Part shown: piece by piece, positions 9,328 to 20,439 of the stretch
Position numbering within the stretch: position 1 is the stretch's first letter
How the letters are laid out: every line of letters starts with the position of its first letter
Origin: an uncultured Candidatus Rokubacteria bacterium
Lineage (GTDB): Bacteria; Methylomirabilota; Methylomirabilia; Rokubacteriales; DASRDR01
DNA: 64,000 bases
Direction: 5' to 3'
Assembly (NCBI GenBank): GCA_963708025.1
Contig: CAVPSB010000032.1
Coordinates: 32,001-96,000, forward strand
Notes under the pieces: generated by a model
What the model saw: only the letters and a program-made list of their open reading frames with translations
Databases searched by the model: none
What the model was told of the DNA's origin: nothing
Position numbers and translations under genes: made by a program

Positions 9328-11407
9328 CTACCGGTGGGCGAGCGACGTCCGGGCGGCGGCGACCACGGCTTCGAGCGTGAAGCCGAACTTCTTCTGCAGC
9401 TCCTTGAGCGGCGCCGAGGCGCCGAAGGTCTTCATCCCGACGATCTCGCCGGTGTTACCGACGTAACGCCGCCAGCCGAAGATGGACGCCTGCTCCACGG
9501 CGACCCGCGCGGTCACCGCGGGCGGCAGCACCGCGTCGCGGTACTCGGGCGCTCTGCTGGTCGAACAGCTCCCAGCGACGGCATGCTCACCACGCGGGCC
9601 TTGACGCCGTCCTTGGTGAGCTGCTCGTAGGCCGCGACGCAGAGCGACACCTCGCTGCCCGTGCCCATCAGGATGACGTCCGGCTTGCCGCCGGGCGCGT
9701 CGGCCAGGACGTAGGCGCCCTTGGCCACGCCCGCGGGCGGCGGCGAACTTCGTGCGGTCCAGCGTCGGCAGGGCCTGCCGGGACAGGATGAAGCACGACC
9801 GGCTCGTGCGTCAGCTGCATGATGAACCGCCAGGCCTCCAGCACCTCGTTGGCGATCGCCCGGCCGCAGCACGATCAGCCCGGGGATCGCGCGCAGCGAG
9901 GCGAGCTGCTCGATCGGCTGGTGGGTCGGCCCGTCCTCGCCCACGCCGATCGAGTCGTGGGTGAAGATGTAGATGACCGGGATCTCCATGAGGGCGGCGA
10001 GCCGGATGGGCGCCCGCATGTAGTCGCTGAAGATGAGGAAGCCCGACCCGTAGGGCCGGATCTTGGAGAGCGACAGCCCGTTCAGGATCGAGCCCATCGC
10101 GTGCTCGCGGATGCCGAAGTGGAAGTTGCGGCCCGCCGTGGTCGTCGCCGTGAAGTCGCCGGCGCCGTCGAAGGTGAGCCGGGTCTTGGTCGAGGGCGCC
10201 AGGTCGGCCGAGCCGCCGATCAGCCACGGCACGTTCTTGGCGATCGCGTTGAGGACCTTGCCGGAGGCGTCGCGGCCCGCGACCCCCTTGGGGTCGGCCG
10301 GGAACGGCTCGAGGTCCTTGTCCCAGCCCTCCGGGAAGCTGGCGCTGCTGCATCCGGTAGAGCTGGTCGGCCAGCTCGGGGTACTTCGCCTGGTACTCGT
10401 CGAACTTCGCCATCCAGGCCTCCCGCAGCGCCTTGCCCCGCGCGCCCATGCCGGCGCGGAAGTGCTCCCGCACGCCGTCGGGCACCAGGAACTTGGCGTC
10501 CTCGGGCCAGCCGTAGTTGCGCTTGGTCAGCCGGATCTCCTCCTCGCCGAGCGGCTCGCCGTGAGCGGCGTGCGTGTCCTGCTTGTTGGGCGCGCCCCAG
10601 GCGATGTGGCTGTCCACGATGATCAGGGTGGGACGCTCCTTCTCGTTCTTGAAGGTCTGGAAGGCCCGCCCCAGCATCTCGAGGTCGTTGGCGTCGCCGA
10701 CGCGGGTCACGTTCCAGCCGTAGGCGATGAACCGGGTGGCGACGTCGTCGCTGAACGCCCACTCGGTGTGGCCCTCGATCGTGATCTTGTTGTTGTCGTA
10801 GATCCAGCAGAGGTTGGACAGCCGCAGGTGACCGGCCAGCGAGGCCGCCTCGCCGGAGACGCCCTCCATCATGCAGCCGTCGCCGCAGAGCGCGTAGACG
10901 TCGTAGTCGAACATGTCGAAGCCCGGCCGGTTGAAGTAGCTGCGCCTGCCAGCGGCTGGCGATCGCCATGCCGACGCTGGTCGCCACGCCCTGCCCGAGC
11001 GGGCCGGTGGTCGTCTCCACGCCGGAGGTCCAGCGGTACTCGGGGTGACCGGGGCACTTGCTGTCGAGCTGGCGGAACTTCTTGATGTCGTCGAGCGCGA
11101 CCGAGCAGCTCGCCGAGCGTCTCGTACTGCGGGTTCACCGCCTTCACGCCGGTCAGGTGGAGCATCGAGTAGAGCAGCATCGAGGCGTGGCCGATCGACA
11201 GCACGAACCGGTCGCGGTTCGGCCAGATCGGGTCGCTCGGGGTCGAAGCGCAGGAACTGCTGCCAGAGGGAGTAGATCACCGGCGCCATCGCCATGGCCG
11301 TGCCGGGGTGGCCGGAGTTGGCCTTCTGCACGCGCGTCCATGGACAGGGTGCGGATCGTGTTGACGCAGAGCTGATCGATCTTCTTGCTGTCGTCTTTCA
11401 CGGACAC
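9328..11407 (-). CDS. tkt: Transketolase (many frameshifts, likely sequencing indels)
   Basis: [54 protein letters not shown] across frames; GTG start with GAGGAG RBS. Confidence 0.95.
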
Positions 11408-11545
11408 GCTCCTCTTCGGGTTGTTGACCCCGGATCCGAAAGTCCTCCTAGCACGGCAGGCAGCCCGGCTCGCCCGGTCCCGCCCGACCAACCCCGACCG
11501 GCTTGAGGCGATGCCAGAGAGAATACAAGGTCCGGACGCCGGAGC

Positions 11546-13576
11546 CTAGCCCCGTCTGGCCCGGGCGATCTCCAGCCAGGCCCGCAAGGTCTCGGCCACG
11601 CTCCAGCCCTGGGCGATGCAGCCCCGGGGTGTGTGGGGGGGATCCCCGTCGAAGATCTCGGCCACGCTCCCCACCCCGTAGTCGGCCAGGTGGTGGGCCA
11701 TCGGCTGGAGGAAGCCGGCCGCGGCGTCGGGATCGCCGTAGACCCGCAGGTGGGCGAGGGCGAAGGGGCCGAGTAGCCAGCCCCAGACCGGGCCCTGGTG
11801 ATAGGCGCCGTCCCGCTCCAGCACGCCGCCAGCGTAGCGGCCGTGGTACTGCGGATGCCCGGGGTCGAGGGTCCGGAGCCCGAACGAGGCGACCAGGTGC
11901 CGGGCGCAGGCCTCCACGACGCGCCGCTGGCGCTCCGGCGGGAGCGGGCTCTCGGGGAGCGAGACCGCGAAGATCTGGTTCGGCCGCAGCGCGGCGTCCA
12001 CCCCCTCCGGCCCGTCGATCACGTCGTGACAGTACCCGCCGGCCTCGTTCCAGAAGCGCGCGAATCCCGCGCGGACCCGATCGGCCAGCGCATCCCACGG
12101 GGCCCGCCGCCCGAGCCGCCGAGCGAAGCCGGCCATCGCCCGGAGCGCGTTGTACCAGAGGGCGTTGATCTCGACCGGCTTGCCGATGCGCGGGGTCACG
12201 ACCCAGTCGCCCACGCGCGCGTCCATCCAGGTGAGCTGGACGCCGGGCTCCCCGGCCCACAGGAGCCCGTCGGCCGGGTCCTCCCCGATGCCGTAGCGGG
12301 TGCCGGCCTGGTGCCGGGCCACGATCTCCTCGAGGATCGGGTAGAGGTCCCTGAGGAGCGTGTCGTCCTTCGTCGCCGCGTGGTAGGCCCGGATCGCTTC
12401 GAAGTACCAGAGGGTGGCGTCCACCGTGTTGTACTCGGGCACCTCGCCCTGATCGGGGAACCGGTTGGGCAGCATCCCGCGGTCGACGAAGCGCGCGAAG
12501 GTCGTCAGGATGGGTCGGGCGGCGTCGGGTCGGCCGGCGGCCAGGGTCAGCCCGGGCAGGCAGATCATCGTGTCCCGGCCCCAGTCCCCGAACCAGTGGT
12601 AGCCGGCGATGACCGACATGCCGTCCGGCGCGCCGGGCAGCGGCCGGCGGACGAGGAACTGGTCGGCGGCCAGCACGAGCTGCTCCACCCAGGCCGGCGC
12701 CCGCCGCGCGACGGGATCGACGCGCCGCCACCGGACCCGGAGGTCCTCGTCGTGAGCCGCGCGCCGCCGCCACGCGGCGTCGCCGTCGAGCGACGGCTCC
12801 GGCTCGGCGGAGAGCACCAGCGTCCACTCGGCCCCCGGCGCCAGCCGAACCCGGACGGTGCCGACGTGCAGGTGGTCGTCGAGGTAGTCGAGGCCGCGCT
12901 CCTGCTCCACGGTCAGCCAGAAGTGCTCGTACCACGCGTGGGCCGGCTGGAACTCGGCGTCGCGGGCCAGGAGGAGACACGCCCGGGCGCCGTCGAACGC
13001 GGTGACGCGGAGGCCCTGGGGCACCGTCTCGACCCGCATCTGCCAGCCGCGGCCCCGCGTGAGCGCGTGATAGTCCCGGTAGTTGGCGAGCAGGCACAGC
13101 TCGAGGGTGGCCGGGGTCCGCCCGCGGAGCAGCCGGTACTGGAGATACGTCGTGTTGGCGCCGGGCTCCATGAAGATCCGCTTCTCGAGCCGGGCGTCGC
13201 CGCAGGCGTACGTCCAGACCGGCGTGGTGCCCTCGAGGCGGAAACGCTCGACCTCGCGGTAGCCGTGGGGATCGACGTGGCCCTCGGGCCAGCGGTTCGC
13301 GGCAAGGCGGTAGGCCTGGCCGTCGTACTCGACGGTCTCGTCGGCCTTCGCGACCAGGAGCGTGCGGCCGAGCGGGGGGGCCAGGGCCGCGAGCAGGAGG
13401 CCGTGGTAGCGGCGCGTGAGGACGCCGGCCACGGTTCCCGAGGCGAAGCCGCCGACCCCGTTCGTGCAGAGCCACTCACGCGATTCGGCCAGGGGGAGCA
13501 CCCCGCAGACCTCGCGCCCCCAGTCGAGGAATCCCGGTGTCTCGTCGCTCACTGGCTTCCCCTCCGCTACGGGCAT
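11546..13576 (-). CDS. Amylo-alpha-1,6-glucosidase (glycogen debranching enzyme family)
   Basis: REWLCTNGVGGFASGT, IAGYHWFGDWGRDTMI, LTWMDA, GKPVEINALWYNA, LRPNQ, YHQG; start approximate. Confidence 0.92.
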   Translation of the reverse strand: MPVAEGKPVSDETPGFLDWGREVCGVLPLAESREWLCTNGVGGFASGTVAGVLTRRYHGLLLAALAPPLGRTLLVAKADETVEYDGQAYRLAANRWPEGHVDPHGYREVERFRLEGTTPVWTYACGDARLEKRIFMEPGANTTYLQYRLLRGRTPATLELCLLANYRDYHALTRGRGWQMRVETVPQGLRVTAFDGARACLLLARDAEFQPAHAWYEHFWLTVEQERGLDYLDDHLHVGTVRVRLAPGAEWTLVLSAEPEPSLDGDAAWRRRAAHDEDLRVRWRRVDPVARRAPAWVEQLVLAADQFLVRRPLPGAPDGMSVIAGYHWFGDWGRDTMICLPGLTLAAGRPDAARPILTTFARFVDRGMLPNRFPDQGEVPEYNTVDATLWYFEAIRAYHAATKDDTLLRDLYPILEEIVARHQAGTRYGIGEDPADGLLWAGEPGVQLTWMDARVGDWVVTPRIGKPVEINALWYNALRAMAGFARRLGRRAPWDALADRVRAGFARFWNEAGGYCHDVIDGPEGVDAALRPNQIFAVSLPESPLPPERQRRVVEACARHLVASFGLRTLDPGHPQYHGRYAGGVLERDGAYHQGPVWGWLLGPFALAHLRVYGDPDAAAGFLQPMAHHLADYGVGSVAEIFDGDPPHTPRGCIAQGWSVAETLRAWLEIARARRG

Positions 13577-13862
13577 GGCAGGCAACCCCCGGCATGGTAC
13601 CGCAGGGAGGCGGCAGGTCGGATACCCCATTCGAAAGGGGCCAGCGGGCGCAGGCAGGGTGAGGCGCCGCAGGTGAAGCGCCCGGCTGTAGCCCGCTCGA
13701 CCGCGTCCCCGCACTCGCGGAGCCTCGCCGGGCGAGGCTACCGCCTCAACTGCTGGATTCTATTGGACTGAAGCCGATCGGCCCGAGCGTTCTCCATGGC
13801 CGGAGGCCGCCGGCGGGAACCGACACCGGCCGGCCGGCGTTCGGAAATCGAGGGAGACCGAC

Positions 13863-14276
13863 ATGAGAATGGTGTCGCGGCTCGTTCTGGCGGGCCTGCT
13901 GGCGGCAATGCTCGGCTGCGCCGCGCCGGGCCCATCGCCCCGACCCGAGGACTTCCCGTCGCGGAACGTGGACCAGGCGCCGGTGACGGTCTACTGGCGG
14001 CTCGATAAAGCCGAGTCGGCGGCGAGCGCGACCGGGCTGGTGGACGTCAACGGGCTCGTCGACCGGCTCATCCAGGTCATCGTCGAGCTCCAGGGCCTGG
14101 ATGCGAGCGGACGGGTCGTCAGCCGGGGCCGCGCCATCACCGAGCCCCGGTCCTTCGTCGGTGACCGGCTGTGGCCTTTCACGGCCCGCCTCCGACCGAC
14201 CGGCCAGGAAGCGGACTACGTGCTCCGCGTGACGGAGGTGCGCTGGAAGATCGAGCGCGCCGGCGGCGGCATGTGA
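13863..14276 (+). CDS. Hypothetical lipoprotein
   Basis: RBS GGGAG, hydrophobic signal ending in lipobox-like MLGC. Confidence 0.7.
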   Translation: MRMVSRLVLAGLLAAMLGCAAPGPSPRPEDFPSRNVDQAPVTVYWRLDKAESAASATGLVDVNGLVDRLIQVIVELQGLDASGRVVSRGRAITEPRSFVGDRLWPFTARLRPTGQEADYVLRVTEVRWKIERAGGGM

Positions 14277-14289
14277 CGGGCCTCACCCG

Positions 14290-14665
14290 TCTGACGTCGC
14301 TCGCCCCGATGATCCGCACGTCCACCCGCACGGTCCGGCTGCTCCCGACCGGCTCGAACTCCTGCTCCTGGATGACCCGGAGGAGCTTCACCTGGGTCTC
14401 GAGCGAGAGCCATCTCCAGGCCGACGCCGAAGTAGGTCAACGGGAGCGCGGATTCCAGGACGAAGAGGCGCAGAACGTCCCGGGACGGCTCGTGCAGGAA
14501 GATGGCCGTTCGATCGAACGGGACGACGCGGCGCAGGGCTCCGGCGATAGCGTGGAACAGCGACTCCGGGTCTGGCTCGAGATGATGGCGTTGTTGATCT
14601 CGAGGAGGGTGCGGTACCGCTCGGCGGCGACGGCAGCCGGCTCGGTCGAGGGTGGACGCTCCATC
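14290..14665 (-). pseudogene. Remnant of GAF + sigma54 AAA+ activator (FhlA/NifA-like)
   Basis: GAF start (RYRTLLEINNAII..LRRVVPFDR) joined directly to [34 protein letters not shown]; Walker A, GAFTGA and HTH absent. Confidence 0.8.
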
Positions 14666-14802
14666 GTCGTCGGGCCGCTCCCCGTCACCCATGGCCAGCC
14701 GGGCCTCCGGGCGGCGGCCTGGTCAGGATAGGCCAGGGCCGATCCGGTCGCAAGGCGCGTACACGTGGTGGAGGGCGAGGGCGGCCGGGCGGGCGCCGGC
14801 GC

Positions 14803-16014
14803 TCAGCCGGCTGTCCGGGGCAGCAGGCGGGCGCCGAGCGCGACGAGCGTGCAGCATCCGCTGACCAGCCCCAGGGCGAGGGGCAGGCCGGTCAACTCGG
14901 CGGTCAGGCCGATCAGCGGTGGTCCGGCCAGGAAGCCGAAGTAGCCCGTGGTGGCGACCGCGGCGAGCGCGGTGCCCGCCGGAACCCCGGGGACCCGTCC
15001 GGCCGCGCTGAACAGGATCGGGATCACGTTCGCGATCCCGAGCCCGACCAGCCCGAACCCGGCGATCGCCGCCGCGGGCCGCCCGATCAGCAGGGCAAAG
15101 GCCAGGCCCCCGGCGGCGAGCGCCGCCGAGCCGCGCAGGAGCCGAGCCGGTCCCAGCCAGGCGGCCAGCCGATCGCCGCCGAAGCGCCCGGCGGCCATCG
15201 CCAGCGAGAAGGCCGTGAAGCCGGCCGCCGCCACCGCGGGGCTGGTCGCCAGCGCGTCGCGCAGGTACACGGCGCTCCAGTCGGCCATGGCGCCCTCGGC
15301 GAGCAGGCCACCGAAGGCCAGGAGCCCGAGCCCCAGGAGCGCGCGGCCGGGCCGGACGAAGACCGGACCCGGGCGCCCGGCGGGGTCGGCCGACGGCACG
15401 AGCCAGGCCAGGACCGAGAGGACCGCGACGGCGCCGACGAGGGCGGTCGCGGTCACGTGGGCGCGGTCACCCATCCCGCCGCTCATGGCGAGACCCGCGA
15501 TCGCGGCCCCGGCGAACCCGCCCAGGCTGAACAACCCGTGGAACGAGGACAGGATCGGCCGGCCGTACTGCCGCTCGAGCGCCACCGCCTGGGCATTCAT
15601 GGACACGTCGAGGATCCCGTTGCCCGCCCCCAGGACGAGCAGCGACAGGGCCAGCCAGGGGACGCTCGGGCTGACGAGCGGCAGCGGGAGCAAGAGACAG
15701 AATGCCACTCCGGCGAGCGAGGTCATGAGGCGGCTGCCGAGGCGGCCCACGAGCCAGCCGGCCACGGGCAGGGCGAGCACCGCCCCGACCGCCATGGCCA
15801 GCAGCACGAGCCCGAGCGCGCCGTCGCTCAGACCGTGCGCGTCCTTGACCGCCGGGATGTGCGGCACCCAGCTCGCCAGGACCAGCCCGTTGACGAAGAA
15901 GACGGTCGCGAGGGCCACCCGGGACCGGCGGGCGAGTCCGGGCGCCGGGCGGGCACGGCCGGCGCCCACCGCCACGCCGGCTGCCGGCGCCGCGAGGGCC
16001 GGTGTCTCGCTCAC
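14803..16014 (-). CDS. MFS transporter (YbjJ-like)
   Basis: About 12 hydrophobic segments; FFVNG..SWVPHIP, DVSMNAQA, SSFHGLFSLG, EGAMADWS. Confidence 0.9.
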   Translation of the reverse strand: MSETPALAAPAAGVAVGAGRARPAPGLARRSRVALATVFFVNGLVLASWVPHIPAVKDAHGLSDGALGLVLLAMAVGAVLALPVAGWLVGRLGSRLMTSLAGVAFCLLLPLPLVSPSVPWLALSLLVLGAGNGILDVSMNAQAVALERQYGRPILSSFHGLFSLGGFAGAAIAGLAMSGGMGDRAHVTATALVGAVAVLSVLAWLVPSADPAGRPGPVFVRPGRALLGLGLLAFGGLLAEGAMADWSAVYLRDALATSPAVAAAGFTAFSLAMAAGRFGGDRLAAWLGPARLLRGSAALAAGGLAFALLIGRPAAAIAGFGLVGLGIANVIPILFSAAGRVPGVPAGTALAAVATTGYFGFLAGPPLIGLTAELTGLPLALGLVSGCCTLVALGARLLPRTAG

Positions 16015-16051
16015 GAGCGCCGTGCGACCGCAATGGAAACCCACCCTAGCG

Positions 16052-18142
16052 TCAGGCCAACCCCGTGCCAGGCCAGAGGCGCTCGATCTCGACGCGGTTG
16101 TCGTGAAAGACGGCGCCGCCGCCCATGTCGGCGTCTCGCTCGTCCACGGTGGCGTTGACGGTCGCACCGTCCTTCGACAGCCGCGGCCAGCGCCCCTTGG
16201 TGCTGGCGACCACGCCCGGCCGGACCCGCGGGGTCACCTCCACCCGCGCGACGAACGCGCCGCGGTCGTTGAAGACGCGGGCCTCGCAGCCGGTCTCGAG
16301 CCGCCGGGGGGTCGCGTCCTCGGGGTGGACGCGGATGGTCGTCGGGCCGGAGCGCCGCGTCTGCGCGGGGACGTTCGCGAACACCGAGTTCAGGAAGTAG
16401 TGGTCGGCACCCGCGATCAGAGCCAGCGGGTACCGGGCGGCCAGCGGCGTGCCGCGCTGGGCCGCCTCGTAGGGCGGCGTGTAGCCCGCGAGCGGGTCGA
16501 GCCCCGCCTCGGTCATGCGAGCGGTGTAGAACTCGAGCTTCCCGGACGGCGCGGGGAAGCCGTCGGCGAACGGTACGAACGGCTCCGGGACGGCGAGCCG
16601 CATCCACCCCCGCTTCCTCAGGGCGTCGAACGTGATGCCGCGGAGCGATGGGTGATCCGAGTCGAGAAGCTCGCGCGCCAGCTCCTCGTCACTGTCGTAC
16701 AGGCAGGGCACGTCCAGACCCAGGCGCCGCGCCAGACGCCGGAAGATCTCGGTGGTGGACAGGCACTCCCCGGGCGGCGCCACCGCGGGCTCGTTCCACG
16801 AGATGTAGAGGTGCCCGTACGAGATCTGGACGTCCGCGTGTTCGAGCTGCATCGTAGCGGGGAGCACGATATCCGCGTAGTCGACGGTGTCCGTCCGGAA
16901 GTGCTCGACGACCACCGTGAAGAGGTCGGGCCGCGCGAGCCCCCGCCGGATCTTCGTCTGGTGCGGCACGCTGGCGGCCGGGTTGCTCGCGTAGACGAAC
17001 AAGGCCTTGACCGGCGGGTCCGTTACCTCGAGGAGGCCCTCGCCGAGGCGGGTCATGCTCAGCGCGCGCGCGGCGGTCTTCCGCAGATCGTCCCGATAGA
17101 GCCCCGCCCAGTTCACGCCGAAGAAGCCGCGTGTGTCGTAGCCAACGCCGCCGCCGGGATATCGCCAGTCGCCGGTGACTCCCGGGATGCAGGTGATGGT
17201 CCGCACCGCCATCCCGCCGCCGCCGTGTCGCTGGAGCCCCATCGTCACCCGGATGCCCGTGGGGCGCGTGCGGGCAATCCGCTTCCCCAGCTCCACGATC
17301 GCGTCGACCGGGAGGCCGCAGACCTCGGCGACGCGCGCCGGCGGGTAGTCCAGGATGCGCCGGCGGAACGCGTCCCAGCCGAGCGTGTGGCGGTCGATGA
17401 AGTCGCGATCCTCCGCGCCCTCGCTCAGCACGACGTGCAGGAGTCCGAGCGCCAGCGCGGCGTCGGTCCCGGGGACGAGCGCCAGGTGGCTGTCCGCGGC
17501 ATCGGCGGTGCGCGTCCGGGTCGGGTCGATCACCACCAGGTGGGCGCCGTTCCGACGCGCCGCCGTGATGGGGCGCCACAGGTGATGGTTGGTGGTCAGC
17601 GTGTTGCTGCCCCAGAGGATGATGAGCTTCGAGAAGCGGAGGGTCTCGGGATCCATGCCGACGCGGTTGTCGCCGAGCGTGTAGCCGGTTCCCACCCCGC
17701 CCGCGATCGTGCAGATCGTCATGAGGTGCCGGGAGGCGCCGACGACGTTCCAGAGCCGGCGCCCCGCGCCGTAGACGCCCTGGAGGAGCCCCATGCTGCC
17801 CGAGCCCACGTACGGCCATATGGCTTCCGCGCCGGACTCGCGGATGACGCTGCTCAGCCGCTCGGCGATCTCGTCGAGCGCCCCGTCCCAAGAGATCCGC
17901 TCGAAGTCGCCGGCCCCCTTCGGGCCGACGCGCCGCATCGGATACAGGAGCCGCTCGGGGGACTGCGTGTACGCGACGTAGTCGTTGAGCTTGTTGCACA
18001 GGACGCCGCGCGTGAAGGGGTGATCGGCATCGCCCTCGAGTCGCACGGCGCGGCCATCGCGCACGGTGACCACCCAGCTACAGGTGTCCGGGCAGTCCAT
18101 CGGGCAGGCCCCGAGGATCCGCTGCTCGCCGCTCACCGTCAT
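16052..18142 (-). CDS. Molybdopterin (bis-MGD) oxidoreductase catalytic subunit, cytoplasmic
   Basis: CPMDCPDTC..C Fe-S motif, RLLYP, ISWD, PGTDAALALG, TDTVDYADIVLPA, C-terminal HPEDA; no Tat signal. Confidence 0.92.
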   Translation of the reverse strand: MTVSGEQRILGACPMDCPDTCSWVVTVRDGRAVRLEGDADHPFTRGVLCNKLNDYVAYTQSPERLLYPMRRVGPKGAGDFERISWDGALDEIAERLSSVIRESGAEAIWPYVGSGSMGLLQGVYGAGRRLWNVVGASRHLMTICTIAGGVGTGYTLGDNRVGMDPETLRFSKLIILWGSNTLTTNHHLWRPITAARRNGAHLVVIDPTRTRTADAADSHLALVPGTDAALALGLLHVVLSEGAEDRDFIDRHTLGWDAFRRRILDYPPARVAEVCGLPVDAIVELGKRIARTRPTGIRVTMGLQRHGGGGMAVRTITCIPGVTGDWRYPGGGVGYDTRGFFGVNWAGLYRDDLRKTAARALSMTRLGEGLLEVTDPPVKALFVYASNPAASVPHQTKIRRGLARPDLFTVVVEHFRTDTVDYADIVLPATMQLEHADVQISYGHLYISWNEPAVAPPGECLSTTEIFRRLARRLGLDVPCLYDSDEELARELLDSDHPSLRGITFDALRKRGWMRLAVPEPFVPFADGFPAPSGKLEFYTARMTEAGLDPLAGYTPPYEAAQRGTPLAARYPLALIAGADHYFLNSVFANVPAQTRRSGPTTIRVHPEDATPRRLETGCEARVFNDRGAFVARVEVTPRVRPGVVASTKGRWPRLSKDGATVNATVDERDADMGGGAVFHDNRVEIERLWPGTGLA

Positions 18143-18182
18143 CGCCTCGTGTCTCCCCGCGATCTTACGATATCATGCGCGA

Positions 18183-18540
18183 GTGACCCCGGCGGGGACT
18201 CCCACGAGCCGCGTCGTCGGCGCGACCGTCGTCTCGCTCGCTCTTGGCGCGGTGGCGGCGCCGCCGGCGTCCTGGCCGCCGTCCTGCCGCCGTTCCCCCA
18301 GCTCGCCCTCCCTCGCGCTCGTGGCCGTGCTGCTGGTGCTCTTCCTGAAACTGCACCAGGTCCTTGGAGAAGACCAGGTCCAGGAGCCAGTCGAGCGCCA
18401 CCCGGGCCTTCGTCTACCCGCAGAGGTGGACCGAGCACCTGGTGTGGGGATCGATCCTTCTCCTCCTGCTGACCCGTGGGGCCGGGGCGATCTCGCTCGA
18501 TCGGCTGATCGGCCTCGAGCCCGGCGACCACCGCCAGTGA
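18183..18540 (+). pseudogene. Degraded/frameshifted DoxX-like membrane protein
   Basis: C-terminal FVYPQRWTEHLVWGSILLLLLTRGAGAISLDRLIG* is DoxX-like; upstream frames incoherent. Confidence 0.5.
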
Positions 18541-18695
18541 TCGGAACCGCAGGCCGGGATGCCCACCGGGGGTGAGCCGCTGAACGCCCCCCCGAGCGTC
18601 GCGGCGGCACCGGAGGGCGCGCCACGCGCAGCCGGCGCCGTCGCGGACGTCCTGGACACCGCCGGCCGACCGGCGTAACGTCCGGGAGCGGGAAC

Positions 18696-20301
18696 ATGGC
18701 CCGACCCACGCGAATCCTGATCCTCGGCGGCGGCTTCGGCGGGGTCTACACCGCCCTGTCCCTCGAGAAGCGGCTGGCGACCGAGCTGCGGCGCGGGACC
18801 GTCGAGCTCTCGCTCGTCAACCGGGACAACTACATGGTCTTCCAGCCCATGCTGCCCGAGGTGATCTCGGGGAGCATCGGCCTCCTGGACACGATCGCGC
18901 CGATCCGGCGGCTATGCCCGGGCACGAACCTCTACACTCGCGCGATCGAGCGGATCGACCTGGCGGGCCGGCGCGTGGTCACCGCCGCCGGGCTCGGCTC
19001 GCCGCCGTTCGACCTCGAGTACGACCACCTCGTCATCGCCCTCGGCACCGTCACCAGCTTCGCCGGCCAGCCCGGCCTCGCCGAGCACGCCCTGCCCTTC
19101 AAGTACCTCGGTGACGCGCTGGCCCTGCGGAACCGGCTCATCCACACCCTCGAGGAGGCGGACATCGAGCGCGATCCGGAGGTGCGCCGGGGCCTCGTCA
19201 CCTTCGTCGTCGCCGGTGGGGGCTTCTCCGGGGTCGAGGCGGTGGCCGAGGTGAACGACTTCGTCCGCGCCGTCGCGAAGAGCTTCCGGAACCTCGACCC
19301 CCGCGAGATCCGGGTCGTCCTGCTGCACGCCGGCGACCTCGTCCTGCCGGAGCTGCCGCGGTCGCTCGCCGAGTTCGCCCAGCGCTTGCTCGGGAAGCGG
19401 AACGTCGAGGTCCGCTTGCGGACGCGCCTGGCCGGCGCCACCGGCGACGCGGCGCTGCTCGAGGGCGGGGAGCGCATCCCGACCCGGACGGTGGTGAGCA
19501 CGGTGCCGTCGGCGCCGAACCCGCTGGTGGCGATGCTCCCCGTCAAGAAGGAGCGCGACCGGATCGTGGTCGACGGCCACCTGGCCGTGCCCGACTGGCC
19601 GGGCGTGTGGGCCCTCGGGGACTGCGCCTTCGTCGTCGACGGGAAGAGCGGCCAGCCCTGCCCGCCGACGGCCCAGCACGCCACGCGGCAGGCGACGTGC
19701 CTGGCCGGGAACCTGGTGGCCGCCCTGCGGGGCCAGGACCGGAAGGCCTTCGCGTTCACGGCGCTCGGCAAGATGGGCGCGCTGGGTCATCGCTCGGCGG
19801 TCGCCGAGATCCTCGGCCTCAGGGTCTCGGGCTTCCTGGCATGGTGGCTCTGGCGAACCATCTACCTGATGAAGCTCCCCGGGTTCGACCGGAAGCTCCG
19901 GGTCGCCACCGACTGGACCCTGGACCTGATCCTCCCACCCGACATCGTCCAGCTCAAGACCGAGAAGCCGCTCGCCATCCGCCGCGAGCACTTCGAGGCG
20001 AACGAGGTGATCTTCCGCGAGGGCGACCGGGGCGACTCGCTCTACATCGTGGTCGACGGCGAGGTCGAGGTGTCGCGGAGCGTTCCGGGCCAGGAGGCGG
20101 TGACGCTGGCGCGGCTGGGGCGCGGGGACTGCTTCGGCGAGATCGCGCTGGTCAAGGAGGCGACCGCGCTCGGCGACCGTCCGCACCTGCTCCCGCGTCA
20201 ACGTGCTGGTGATGGACCGCGAGGCCTTCCAGACGCTGTTCGCGCACCTGCCGCCGGTCCGCGGCTTCTTCGAGCGGCTCATCGAGCAGCGGACCCGGTA
20301 A
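18696..20301 (+). CDS. Type II NADH dehydrogenase-like flavoprotein fused to a cNMP-binding domain (frameshift near 20165)
   Basis: GGGFGG, GGGFSGVE, WALGD, PPTAQHA; then IFREGDRGDSLYIVVDGEV..FGEIAL and ATVRT..MDREAF in next frame. Confidence 0.88.
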
Positions 20302-20306
20302 CTCTT

Positions 20307-20343
20307 CGGGGGGGTCTCGGAAGACCCCCCCGATGCCCCCCCT
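20307..20343. repeat. G/C-run hairpin repeat (family 2), copy 3
   Basis: GGGGGGGTCTCGGAAGACCCCCCCGATGCCCCCC just after the stop at 20301. Confidence 0.85.
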
Positions 20344-20439
20344 CCGTTGCGGCGGCCGGGTACCCACGCCGGAGGCGCGTAGCGCCTCCGCGTGGGTGGC
20401 CGCTCGGGGTTACGCGGATGGAGCCTCGGGGCGGCGCCC

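Noticed and set aside
9328-11407. Programmed frameshifting in transketolase
   Set aside because: Too many shifts, no evident slippery sites, and neighbours are equally affected
16052-18142. Mo-oxidoreductase as the partner of the EbdC-like cytochrome or as formate/nitrate reductase
   Set aside because: No Tat signal, no beta subunit, 20 kb away; substrate cannot be assigned from sequence
14948-18472. Very long plus-strand ORF (1174 aa) and similar ones such as 6-2402 and 38211-40547
   Set aside because: Antisense shadows of real genes, expected at this GC content
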